Below, piece after piece: positions 37,512 through 46,359 of a stretch of DNA of 61,544 bases. The notes under the pieces were generated by a model that was given only the letters and a program-made list of their open reading frames with translations, was not told the origin of the DNA and did not search any database. Made by a program: the position numbers and the translations under genes. Each line of letters opens with the position of its first letter. The stretch's first letter is position 1. This DNA is from an uncultured Clostridia bacterium (GTDB lineage: Bacteria; Bacillota; Clostridia; Christensenellales; UBA1242). Location of the stretch: assembly GCA_944351415.1 (NCBI GenBank), contig CALVPQ010000006.1, forward strand, positions 1 to 61,544. Direction: 5' to 3'.

Positions 37512-37546
37512 AAAAAACACAGGTTAAACCTGTGTTTTTGTTTTTT
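37512..37546. terminator. Intrinsic terminator after scpB
   Basis: AAAAACACAGGT-taa-ACCTGTGTTTTT. Confidence 0.8.
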
Positions 37547-37600
37547 AATTTACTATATTTGGTATTATTTATGTTAAACATAATACCAAATATTGTATTT

Positions 37601-38341
37601 CTATATAGCATTACTTTCAGAATCTTGACCACTAGAAAGATTCTCCAATTTCTCTTTAATAGCTTTTTTCTCGTTTTCCAAATTTTCATCAGCTTCTATC
37701 AATTCAAAATTTTCACCTTTTAAGTAATCAGGTAACTCTTCATTAAATTCAAGGTCATCTACATTTCTAAATAAGCTATCTTCTTTCTCTTCGTCCTCTT
37801 GACGAATTGTTTTGATTCTATTTAAAAGTTCTTCATAATCAGGAAGGTCTGTTATGTCTTTTATATCAAAACGTTTTAAAAAGTTTTCTGTTGTTCCAAA
37901 AAGAAGAGGTTTCCCAACAGCATCTTTACGACCTACAACCTCTATCATATTTTGGTCTATAAGGATTTGAACTGCATAATCAGAGTTAACTCCCCTTATA
38001 TCTTCAATATCAAGTTTTGTTATTGGTTGTTTATATGCAATAATTGCGAGGGTTTCAAGTGCTGCCCTAGTTAAAGATTTTTCTCTTATTGGATTTAAAA
38101 CCTCAGATATGTAATTTGCATAACTTGGATTTGTTGCAAGCTGAAGCTTTTCTTTGTATTCAATTAAATGTATACCATTATCTCCACTAAGTTCTTCTTT
38201 TAACTCTGTTATGGCTTTGTCTAGCATCTTTTTGCTTATATCAAGTTTTTCGGCAATGAAAGATTTATCAATTCCATCACCTGCAACAAACAATATTGCT
38301 TTCAATATCTCGTTTAAATTTTTATCATCTAATATATTCAT
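37601..38341 (-). CDS. scpB: SMC-Scp complex subunit ScpB
   Basis: LETLAIIAYKQPIT...I..IRGV, GKP.L.GTT..FL..F. Confidence 0.95.
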   Translation of the reverse strand: MNILDDKNLNEILKAILFVAGDGIDKSFIAEKLDISKKMLDKAITELKEELSGDNGIHLIEYKEKLQLATNPSYANYISEVLNPIREKSLTRAALETLAIIAYKQPITKLDIEDIRGVNSDYAVQILIDQNMIEVVGRKDAVGKPLLFGTTENFLKRFDIKDITDLPDYEELLNRIKTIRQEDEEKEDSLFRNVDDLEFNEELPDYLKGENFELIEADENLENEKKAIKEKLENLSSGQDSESNAI

Positions 38342-39150
38342 GATTGAACCTCATTTGAAATTATATTTATTTGTTGGAATATTCCCATCTGTTCTACTCT
38401 TACAGATTGTAATTTTAAAAGTTCAAGAAGAGCTAGAAATACATTTATCATTTCACTTTTTGTCATATCAAAAGTGAATAACTCTTCAAAAGGAAATCTG
38501 CGATGTTCCCTTGCATAACTTCTAATTGAAACTATTTTTTCTGCTACTGTAAATCTATCTTTAACAACCTTTTTAGGTTCTTCCTTTTCCTTGCCACGAG
38601 CCATCTGCTTTGCAAGCATATTTGCAAAAGCATCAAGTAGTTTATCAAGAACCATATCCTTAATAATAATTTTAACTTTTTCAGTTTCCTTGCCTGGTGC
38701 ACGATAAAGTTTATTTATATCTTCAATTTCTCTTAGCTTAGCACCCGTTTGCTTAAATAATTCATACTCTTTAAGACGCTGTAGAAGTAAAGTTTCGCTG
38801 TCTTCTTCGTGTGGCACATCTTCTGTCTCAACAGGCAATAGATGCTTTGATTTTATTTCAATAAGGGTTGCTGCAACTGTGATAAATTCACTTGCTCTAT
38901 CCATATCAATAGTATCAATATCCTGCATATATTCAAGATATTGTTCTGTGATGTCTGCAAGTTTTATGGTCATAATGTCTAATTTTGAGTCTTTGATTAA
39001 ATGAAGAAGCAAATCAAGTGGACCTTCAAAGTTATCTAATTTAAAGCGGTATTTATTGTCAACAAAAGATAATTGTTCAGTTTCAGAAACAATTTGTTCA
39101 TTTTGATTTTCTTGCACGTTTTCAATAATTTCCTCTTGCGAAAAGGACAT
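38338..39150 (-). CDS. scpA: Segregation/condensation protein ScpA
   Basis: FEGPLDLLLHLI, IKS..LLP, FLALLEL. Confidence 0.95.
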   Translation of the reverse strand: MSFSQEEIIENVQENQNEQIVSETEQLSFVDNKYRFKLDNFEGPLDLLLHLIKDSKLDIMTIKLADITEQYLEYMQDIDTIDMDRASEFITVAATLIEIKSKHLLPVETEDVPHEEDSETLLLQRLKEYELFKQTGAKLREIEDINKLYRAPGKETEKVKIIIKDMVLDKLLDAFANMLAKQMARGKEKEEPKKVVKDRFTVAEKIVSIRSYAREHRRFPFEELFTFDMTKSEMINVFLALLELLKLQSVRVEQMGIFQQINIISNEVQS

Positions 39151-39539
39151 TCTTCCCCCTTTGAATATAAAATAAACATTTCACTTATAAATGCTTCATA
39201 TTAATTATATTAAATAATCTAGTAAAAATCAAGTAAAAAATTATTTTTATAAAACCAATTGTTTTGTTATGTAGATAATTATATAAAATAGATAATTATA
39301 AATATGAATAAAAAATAATGTTATAAAATTTATTATTATTCATGACAAACGCTTATACAATAAAAAAAGTAGGCTTATAGCCTACTTGCAAAATTCAAAT
39401 GACTAATGTTTTTTAAAAACCTAACTTGCTTAAAAAAATTGATAACAACTAAGATTTAACTTATCTTAAATAGCATAACTATTCAAAAATATTAAGGTCA
39501 AAAAATTTATAAAAATATAAGAAAATTTTTAATTTTAAT

Positions 39540-40691
39540 TTACCAAGCATTTACAATTTTATCAAAACAGTCTTTAAGTGAAAGTTCAGCAATATCATTT
39601 TTAATAATTAAGTCTATTTCTTCTAACACATTTCCATTTTTTGAAATAATTGCTTTACCTATCACGTCGCCATTTTTTGTTGGGGCATTTACTTTCTCTG
39701 GATTTTCAAAAGTTACTTCATAATCATGTTGGTCACCCTTTTTTACTACAACTGCAAAATTGTCTTTGGCAAATATATCTACATTATCACACTTACCCTT
39801 ATTAACCTTTAGGTTCATAACAGGTGTAAGGCTATCTAATATTGTTTTAGATTCAAAATTCGCAAAACCATAGTTAAATAATTTTGTGCATTCATTGAAT
39901 CTTGTTTGACTATTACTTGCACCGATAACAACAGAGATAAGCCGCATATTATTCCTTTTTGCTGATGCAGATAAACAACACCCTGCTTCATTTGTTGAAC
40001 CAGTTTTCCCACTGTCACACCCTTCATAATATCTTATAAGTCTGTTTGTGTTAACAAGTTCTGTTTTTCTACCCGATGGGTGGATTAATTCGTCAAGCCA
40101 AATAGTGCTATACTTATGATATAAATCATGTTCTGCAACTTCTTTTAAAACTATGGCACAATCCTGTGCACAAGAGTATTGTTCAGGAGCTGGAAGCCCT
40201 GTGCAATTAACATAATATGTATCATTCATTCCAAGTTCTTTTGCTCTTTCATTCATTTTTGATACAAAGGTCTTTTCACTTCCACTTATATGCTCTGCAA
40301 GAGCAACAGATGCATCATTTGCAGAAGCCATAACAACACTCTTTAATAAATCACCTGCAGTATATTGAACATAAGGGTCTATAAATACTTGACTACCACC
40401 CATACTAGATGCATTTTCAGTTGTAGTTATAAGAGTTTCTTCAGTTAAATTCCCCTTATCAAATTCATCAAGTGTGAGTAAGATTGTCATCATTTTAACC
40501 ATGCTGGCAATAGGAAGATGCTCTTTAGGATTATGTCCGTAGAGCATTGTTCCTGATGCATAATCCACAAGGCAGGCACTTTTACAAGTTAAGTCAATCT
40601 CACTTTCAGCAAGTGTAGACGGAAAAGTAGAAACACAAAATGTTGTAGCTAGAATACATAATAAAATACTAAATATGAAAAATCTTTTCAT
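39540..40691 (-). CDS. dacF: D-Ala-D-Ala carboxypeptidase, DacF-like
   Basis: SMVK, SAN and KTG motifs; GGSQVF; GAATA-N14-GATAAAACTA forespore-type promoter. Confidence 0.8.
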   Translation of the reverse strand: MKRFFIFSILLCILATTFCVSTFPSTLAESEIDLTCKSACLVDYASGTMLYGHNPKEHLPIASMVKMMTILLTLDEFDKGNLTEETLITTTENASSMGGSQVFIDPYVQYTAGDLLKSVVMASANDASVALAEHISGSEKTFVSKMNERAKELGMNDTYYVNCTGLPAPEQYSCAQDCAIVLKEVAEHDLYHKYSTIWLDELIHPSGRKTELVNTNRLIRYYEGCDSGKTGSTNEAGCCLSASAKRNNMRLISVVIGASNSQTRFNECTKLFNYGFANFESKTILDSLTPVMNLKVNKGKCDNVDIFAKDNFAVVVKKGDQHDYEVTFENPEKVNAPTKNGDVIGKAIISKNGNVLEEIDLIIKNDIAELSLKDCFDKIVNAW

Positions 40692-40810
40692 AAAACTTTC
40701 TCCTTTTAAAAATAGTTTTATCAAAAAAATCTTTTTTATTCAGTTTTTAATATGTTTATTAAATAACTTGTTAAGGACAAATTGGTTTTTATCAATAGTA
40801 AGGAAATGAA

Positions 40811-41428
40811 CTAAATTACAAGTATTATCTTTGCACTAAATAATGTTAGTAATATTGACTCCACTAAACAAACAAGTAATAATAAGATTAAAGTTACTAG
40901 TATTATTTTTGTTTTTTGTTTAGGTATTCGACACCCACCAAAAGCCCTGTAATCACAAAAAGTTTTTGACATCATAATGAAAAATATCCCAAGGATAGCA
41001 AGGGTTATAAGCTGACAAGGAAAAGCCACTATCACTGAAACAATCACACCTGAAAATCCATAGAAGATAATCATTAAGCATAGGTTTAGCCCAAGCAAAT
41101 ATGCCCTGTAGCCTAAAAAGATAAGTCCAATAACAAAGGTATATTTATTATAAGAACTTCCAAGTAGTATTAAAAATACTAGTAACATAGATAAAAGTCG
41201 TGTAAAGAAAGTGGAGGTGCTTATATCATTTGAAGACAAATTCACTACCCCATAATTGTTTTGAATGTTGTAGCTATCAGAAGTTCTTATAGCGACAATA
41301 ATACCTGTGATTAAAGCTATTATCGATATAACTATAAGCAATATTGTTTTTATTTTACATTCTTTTATTGACTCAAGAATAAAACTATAACCATCTTTTA
41401 AAATATGGTTTCTATTTTTTTGTTTCAT
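40811..41428 (-). CDS. spoIIM: Stage II sporulation protein M-like membrane protein
   Basis: Multi-TM with YRAYLLG, P.QL and C-terminal LVES; sigmaE -10 CATACAAT; next to dacF. Confidence 0.6.
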   Translation of the reverse strand: MKQKNRNHILKDGYSFILESIKECKIKTILLIVISIIALITGIIVAIRTSDSYNIQNNYGVVNLSSNDISTSTFFTRLLSMLLVFLILLGSSYNKYTFVIGLIFLGYRAYLLGLNLCLMIIFYGFSGVIVSVIVAFPCQLITLAILGIFFIMMSKTFCDYRAFGGCRIPKQKTKIILVTLILLLLVCLVESILLTLFSAKIILVI

Positions 41429-41501
41429 ACTCAATTGTATGAATATTTTGTCGAAAAAAGAACAAATTTGTGATAAAGATAGTGCTGTTTAATTTATAAA
41501 A

Positions 41502-41963
41502 TTAATGAAATAACTCTTGAGTTTTTTCGCTTAAGATGGTTAAATCAGTAATCTTGTCTTGAAATTTTTCTTTGAACTGAAGAAAAGCATCTAATTTTTC
41601 ACCTGTTATCCAAAAACAAATATTTGTTTTATAGTTGTTTAATATGCTTTTATCATAAGGCTGAGCTAAGATATATATAAAATTCCTTGGAAGTGTTCTT
41701 ACTTCAACCACATCTTCCCATTTTATACTATTTATAACTTCTTTGCCATAGACCTTACTTACTTTTGTTTCTGAAAACTCTATTTTGGCAAAAAATAATT
41801 TACGCCAAATTATGCACGGAATTGCAAAGAGTAAAGATAAGATAAAACAGAAAAGTGCTGGCAACCACTCTTCTAAAAATAACAATATAACACTTGCAAT
41901 TATAGGAAAAGCAATTAGCAGATAAAAAGACCAAACATCAAAACAATAGAATCTATTTTTCAT
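41502..41963 (-). CDS. Hypothetical membrane protein (2 TM plus PH-like domain)
   Basis: Two TMs followed by I.WEDV..V; GGCGGTG RBS before ATG 41963. Confidence 0.6.
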   Translation of the reverse strand: MKNRFYCFDVWSFYLLIAFPIIASVILLFLEEWLPALFCFILSLLFAIPCIIWRKLFFAKIEFSETKVSKVYGKEVINSIKWEDVVEVRTLPRNFIYILAQPYDKSILNNYKTNICFWITGEKLDAFLQFKEKFQDKITDLTILSEKTQELFH

Positions 41964-42007
41964 AAAACACCGCCAACTTTTTACTACAAAAACGAATTTT
42001 ATAGTCA

Positions 42008-43231
42008 TCAATAAATTTCAATCAGTTTCTCTGCAAAGGCTTTAACATGTTCATAAGTTAGCCCACCTTGAAAATAGGCAATATACGGTGCTCTTATTGG
42101 GCTGTCGCATGAAAGCTCTATTGAAGAGCCACCAACAAAAGTTCCTGCCGCCATAATAACTTTATCTTTATAGCCAGGCATATCCCAAGGAAGCGGAAGA
42201 ACATAGCCATCTATCGGAGAAACCGTTTGCACAGTTTGAACAAATTTGATAAGTTCTTCTGCTGTGTTAAAAACAACCGATTTAACAATATCTTCTGGTA
42301 TTTCTTGATTTGAAGGAATAACTTTATAGCCCTTGTCTTCCATAATCTGCCCTACAAGTGCAGTGCCCTTTAATGCTTGAGCCACTGTGTGTGGAGCCAA
42401 GAACAGCCCTTGATAAAATAGTCTATACCCCATTTCAAAAGAGCCAATCTCAAGTTTAAGCGATGGGTTTGTATAACGAGTGGAGATAAGGTCTATGGCT
42501 TTTTCACTTCCAACAATATAACCGCCTGTTGGAGCTATACCACCCCCTGGGTTTTTTATAAGAGAGCCTACAATAACATCTGCACCAACATCTGTTGGCT
42601 CTATATCATCAACAAATTCACCATAGCAGTTATCCACTACGATAAAACAATCTTTTGATAACTTCTTTACATTATCAAAAAGTTCTTTCATACCATAAGG
42701 AGAAAGAGCCTTTCTGCTAGAATACCCCCTTGACCTTTGTAGATATACCACCTTTGGATTTACTTGTTTAATAGCAGAATAAATTTCTTCATATTTAAAA
42801 GTGCTATCTTCGTTTAAATCTATCTGCATGTATTTTACCCCATAATCTTCAAGTGAGCTATTACCCTTTCCAAAAAGAGTTTCATGGAGTGTGTCATAAG
42901 GTAGTCCAGTTACAGAAAGCATTGTATCACCTGCCCTTAAAAGTCCATATAAAACTGTTGTTATTGCATGTGTGCCACAGGTTAAGATTGGTGAAACAAT
43001 TGCCTTTTTACCACCAAAAACTTTTGCATAAACCTTTGCTAAAGTATCTCTGCCAACATCATCATAGCCATAGCCTGTTGTGCCTGCAAAACACTGTGAT
43101 GATACCTTCAATTCTATAAAAGCCTGCAAAACTTTCTTTTGATTTTTGAATGCTATTGAATCAATCCTTGCAAATTGTGGTTGTAATTTCTTTTCTGCCT
43201 CTTTTAAAACTATTTCTGTATTTTTAGCCAT
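42008..43231 (-). CDS. YnbB / aluminium-resistance methionine gamma-lyase family PLP enzyme
   Basis: GYGYDD.GR, GTHA, QRSRGY, DNCYGEF, GSLIKNPGGG, SIELS.D.P. Confidence 0.92.
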   Translation of the reverse strand: MAKNTEIVLKEAEKKLQPQFARIDSIAFKNQKKVLQAFIELKVSSQCFAGTTGYGYDDVGRDTLAKVYAKVFGGKKAIVSPILTCGTHAITTVLYGLLRAGDTMLSVTGLPYDTLHETLFGKGNSSLEDYGVKYMQIDLNEDSTFKYEEIYSAIKQVNPKVVYLQRSRGYSSRKALSPYGMKELFDNVKKLSKDCFIVVDNCYGEFVDDIEPTDVGADVIVGSLIKNPGGGIAPTGGYIVGSEKAIDLISTRYTNPSLKLEIGSFEMGYRLFYQGLFLAPHTVAQALKGTALVGQIMEDKGYKVIPSNQEIPEDIVKSVVFNTAEELIKFVQTVQTVSPIDGYVLPLPWDMPGYKDKVIMAAGTFVGGSSIELSCDSPIRAPYIAYFQGGLTYEHVKAFAEKLIEIY

Positions 43232-44136
43232 TTTTCTATCTCCTTACAAGCATCTTTAAATGCTTTATCCTTGTTTTTATTATCTATATATATAACATTA
43301 TTAATTCCATGTAAAAACGTAAGTTGTCTTTTGGCATAATTTCTTGTGTGCTGTTTTATAAGTTCTATCATTGACGATTTTTCAACTTCACCATTCAAAT
43401 ATGGCAATACTTCTTTATATCCAATTGCTTTCATTGGTTGAATGTTTCCCCCATACTTTTTATAAAGTGATGATACTTCTTCTATTAAGCCATTCTCAAG
43501 CATCTTATCAACTCTAAGATTAATTTTATTATAAAGAATTTCTCTATCGAGTGTTATAGCAATAAGTTTAAAATCATACTGACAGTTATTTGTTTTCGCT
43601 TTACTACTGCCAAAATTTGCAATTTCAAAAGCTCTAATAACTCTTACTGGATTATTCCTATCTATACTTTCTGCAAGTTTGCTATCTTTTATGTAAAGTT
43701 TTTGATAAACATAGTCAAGCCCATGTTCTTTTATTTCTTCTTCAAGTTCTATGCGAAAATCATGATGTTTTTCAGTATTGCCAAAGTTATAACCTTCTAT
43801 CAAAGCCTTAACATATAAGCCCGTTCCGCCAACAATTATAGGGAGCTTTTTCCTTTTTGTTATATCTTCTATTTTCTCTATTGTATATTGAACATAATCA
43901 TAGACTGAAAATTCCTCTGTCGGCGGTTTTAGAGAAATGCCATAATGAGTTATGCCTTGCATTTCACTTTTTGTTACTTTTGCTGAGCCTATATCAAACT
44001 CTTTATATATTTGAACAGAATCAGCAGAAATAATTTCTCCATTGTATTTTAAAGCAAGTTTGATTGCAATCTCTGATTTACCACTTCCTGTTGGTCCAAG
44101 TATAAATAATACCTTTGGTTTGTTTATAATTTCCAT
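43210..44136 (-). CDS. miaA: tRNA dimethylallyltransferase
   Basis: GPTGSGKS, ISADSVQIY, VGGTGLY, AIGYKE, TRNYAKRQ. Confidence 0.97.
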   Translation of the reverse strand: MEIINKPKVLFILGPTGSGKSEIAIKLALKYNGEIISADSVQIYKEFDIGSAKVTKSEMQGITHYGISLKPPTEEFSVYDYVQYTIEKIEDITKRKKLPIIVGGTGLYVKALIEGYNFGNTEKHHDFRIELEEEIKEHGLDYVYQKLYIKDSKLAESIDRNNPVRVIRAFEIANFGSSKAKTNNCQYDFKLIAITLDREILYNKINLRVDKMLENGLIEEVSSLYKKYGGNIQPMKAIGYKEVLPYLNGEVEKSSMIELIKQHTRNYAKRQLTFLHGINNVIYIDNKNKDKAFKDACKEIEKWLKIQK

Positions 44137-44316
44137 AGAACACCTATTAATAAAAAAATCATCAAAATTAGTTATAATAAAATAATTTTATATTTCAAAA
44201 TTAAAAGTAATTTGTATTGATAAGTTATTTAACAAAATTATGTTATATAGCAAAAAATTATATAAATTTATATTAATAAACATAATCAACTAAAAAATCA
44301 ATTAAATAAAAAGAAT

Positions 44317-46359
44317 TTAAACCACTCGTTTAAACATTTTTTCAAATTCATATTTCGTTATAACAAGGGTTATCGGTCTGCCGTGTGGACAAAGCATAAC
44401 ACCCTTTCTTACTTGTTCAATTAAATATGCACATTCTTCTTTTGATAAATTATCACCAGCCTTTATAGCATGTTTACAAGCTGATTGACAAAGCTTATTA
44501 TGAATAAAATCACTAGGTTTTTTATCCCAACTTATACTATCCTTTATAAGTTCATCAACAAATTTATCAAGCTCTATATATGAAAGCACGTAAGGCACAC
44601 TTGTTATCTTATAGGTATAATCTGTTTTTTCTATATTAAATCCAATTTTTTGCAAGTCATCTAATGCCATATCAAGATGTTGAGACTCTTTTGCACCAAG
44701 TGTGAAAGTATAAGGTGCAAGAAGTTCTTGCTTTACCACATTGCCCTCATCAACAAGTTTAACTAGTCTATCAAATAGAAGTCTTTCATGAGCTGCATGC
44801 TGGTCTATAAAATAAACGCTGTCGTCTAGTTCTATTACCATATAAGTTTTAAATAATGTGCCAAGAATCTTCATTTCGTCTTTGACAGAAGCTTTTAAAA
44901 AGTTTTGTTCCGCTGTTCTTAATTGACCTGTATATTTTTCTCCAGACTGGTCAAAGAAAAATGTTGACGAATTGTTTGTTGTTGTGACATATTTATCTTT
45001 TATTGACATATTTGATAAGGCATCAAGCTCGGAATTTGTTTTATTGTTTTCATCAATTATATCTTTATTCTTTATATTTTCTTCTTTTTCAACTATAATT
45101 TCAAATTCCTTTGGGTCAACTGCTTTTTTATCTCTGTCAAATAGGTCAACACTATAACTATGCCCCTGCTGTGCTAAATTTATTTTGTTAGCAACATTCT
45201 CTCTTGTCATAGCCTTTATTTGATTATTTTTATCTGCAAGCCTATCATTATTATTTAACAGTTGGGTCTTATCATTATCATTTAACGGCTGGGTATTATT
45301 ATTTAAAACTTTATCTAGGTTATTATTTTTTGCTGCTATGTATTCATCTTCGTTAAACATAAAGCTCGCAATTTGATTGACAGATAGAAGTGCATTTTCA
45401 ACTGCTTTACGAACCATGCTAAACATTCTATTAGGATTTTCAAATTTAACTTCTTTTTTAGATGGGTGCACATTCACATCAACACAATCAGCAGGCAATG
45501 ATATTGAAATCACATAGACAGGAAATCTGCCTTTCATTAAAAATGATTCAAACACACTTTGAACAGCATTTGATATAAGAAAATTCTCAACACATCTTCC
45601 ATTAACAAAAAGGGTTTGATAAGTTCTATTGCTTTTTGAAATTTTTGGCTTCGTTATATATCCAGAAATTCTGTAACCGCTATCTTCGTAATTAAGTTCA
45701 ATTATGTTATCATAAACTTCCTTGCCATATATCGTATATATTATGTCTTGCATATTACAAGATGTTGTATTATAAATTAGTTTTCCATCAACATAATAAG
45801 AAAATGCTATATGGCTGTTTGACAACATAAACTTCTCTATTAGATGTGTTATCTCTGCCTCTTCAGTTTTAGGTTTTCTTAAAAATTTTGCTCTTGCTGG
45901 AGTATTAAAGAATAAATTTGAACAGGATATTGTTGTTCCATTTGTTCGCGCTATTTCAGTCACTTTATCAAAGTTGCCACCGTTTACCTTTATAGAATAA
46001 CCAATTTGAGAATCGGCAGTTTTTGTTGAAAGTTTAACTTGACAAACTGAAGATATACTTGCAAGTGCCTCTCCCCTAAAACCTAAACTTTGAATATTAT
46101 CAAGGTCATCAACATCTTTTATCTTGCTTGTTGAATGCGGTAAGAAAGCTATCACAATATCGTCTCTTTCAATACCACAACCATCATCTGATACTGTAAT
46201 ATTTTTTATTCCGCCTTCTTCTATTTCTATTCTAATATTTTTTGCACCTGCATCAATACTATTTTCAACTAGTTCTTTAACTATTGATGCTGGTCTTTCA
46301 ACAACTTCGCCTGCGGATATTCTATTATATACCCTTGGCTCTAGAACATTAATCTTCAT
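44317..46359 (-). CDS. mutL: DNA mismatch repair endonuclease MutL
   Basis: AGEVVERPAS, GFRGEAL, DQHAAHER, ACK, CPHGRP. Confidence 0.97.
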   Translation of the reverse strand: MKINVLEPRVYNRISAGEVVERPASIVKELVENSIDAGAKNIRIEIEEGGIKNITVSDDGCGIERDDIVIAFLPHSTSKIKDVDDLDNIQSLGFRGEALASISSVCQVKLSTKTADSQIGYSIKVNGGNFDKVTEIARTNGTTISCSNLFFNTPARAKFLRKPKTEEAEITHLIEKFMLSNSHIAFSYYVDGKLIYNTTSCNMQDIIYTIYGKEVYDNIIELNYEDSGYRISGYITKPKISKSNRTYQTLFVNGRCVENFLISNAVQSVFESFLMKGRFPVYVISISLPADCVDVNVHPSKKEVKFENPNRMFSMVRKAVENALLSVNQIASFMFNEDEYIAAKNNNLDKVLNNNTQPLNDNDKTQLLNNNDRLADKNNQIKAMTRENVANKINLAQQGHSYSVDLFDRDKKAVDPKEFEIIVEKEENIKNKDIIDENNKTNSELDALSNMSIKDKYVTTTNNSSTFFFDQSGEKYTGQLRTAEQNFLKASVKDEMKILGTLFKTYMVIELDDSVYFIDQHAAHERLLFDRLVKLVDEGNVVKQELLAPYTFTLGAKESQHLDMALDDLQKIGFNIEKTDYTYKITSVPYVLSYIELDKFVDELIKDSISWDKKPSDFIHNKLCQSACKHAIKAGDNLSKEECAYLIEQVRKGVMLCPHGRPITLVITKYEFEKMFKRVV

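Noticed and set aside
39272-39300. TAGATAATTATA tandem repeat, and the similar TAGGTTTTTA repeat near 26140
   Set aside because: Short AT-rich duplications expected by chance or slippage; not CRISPR-like
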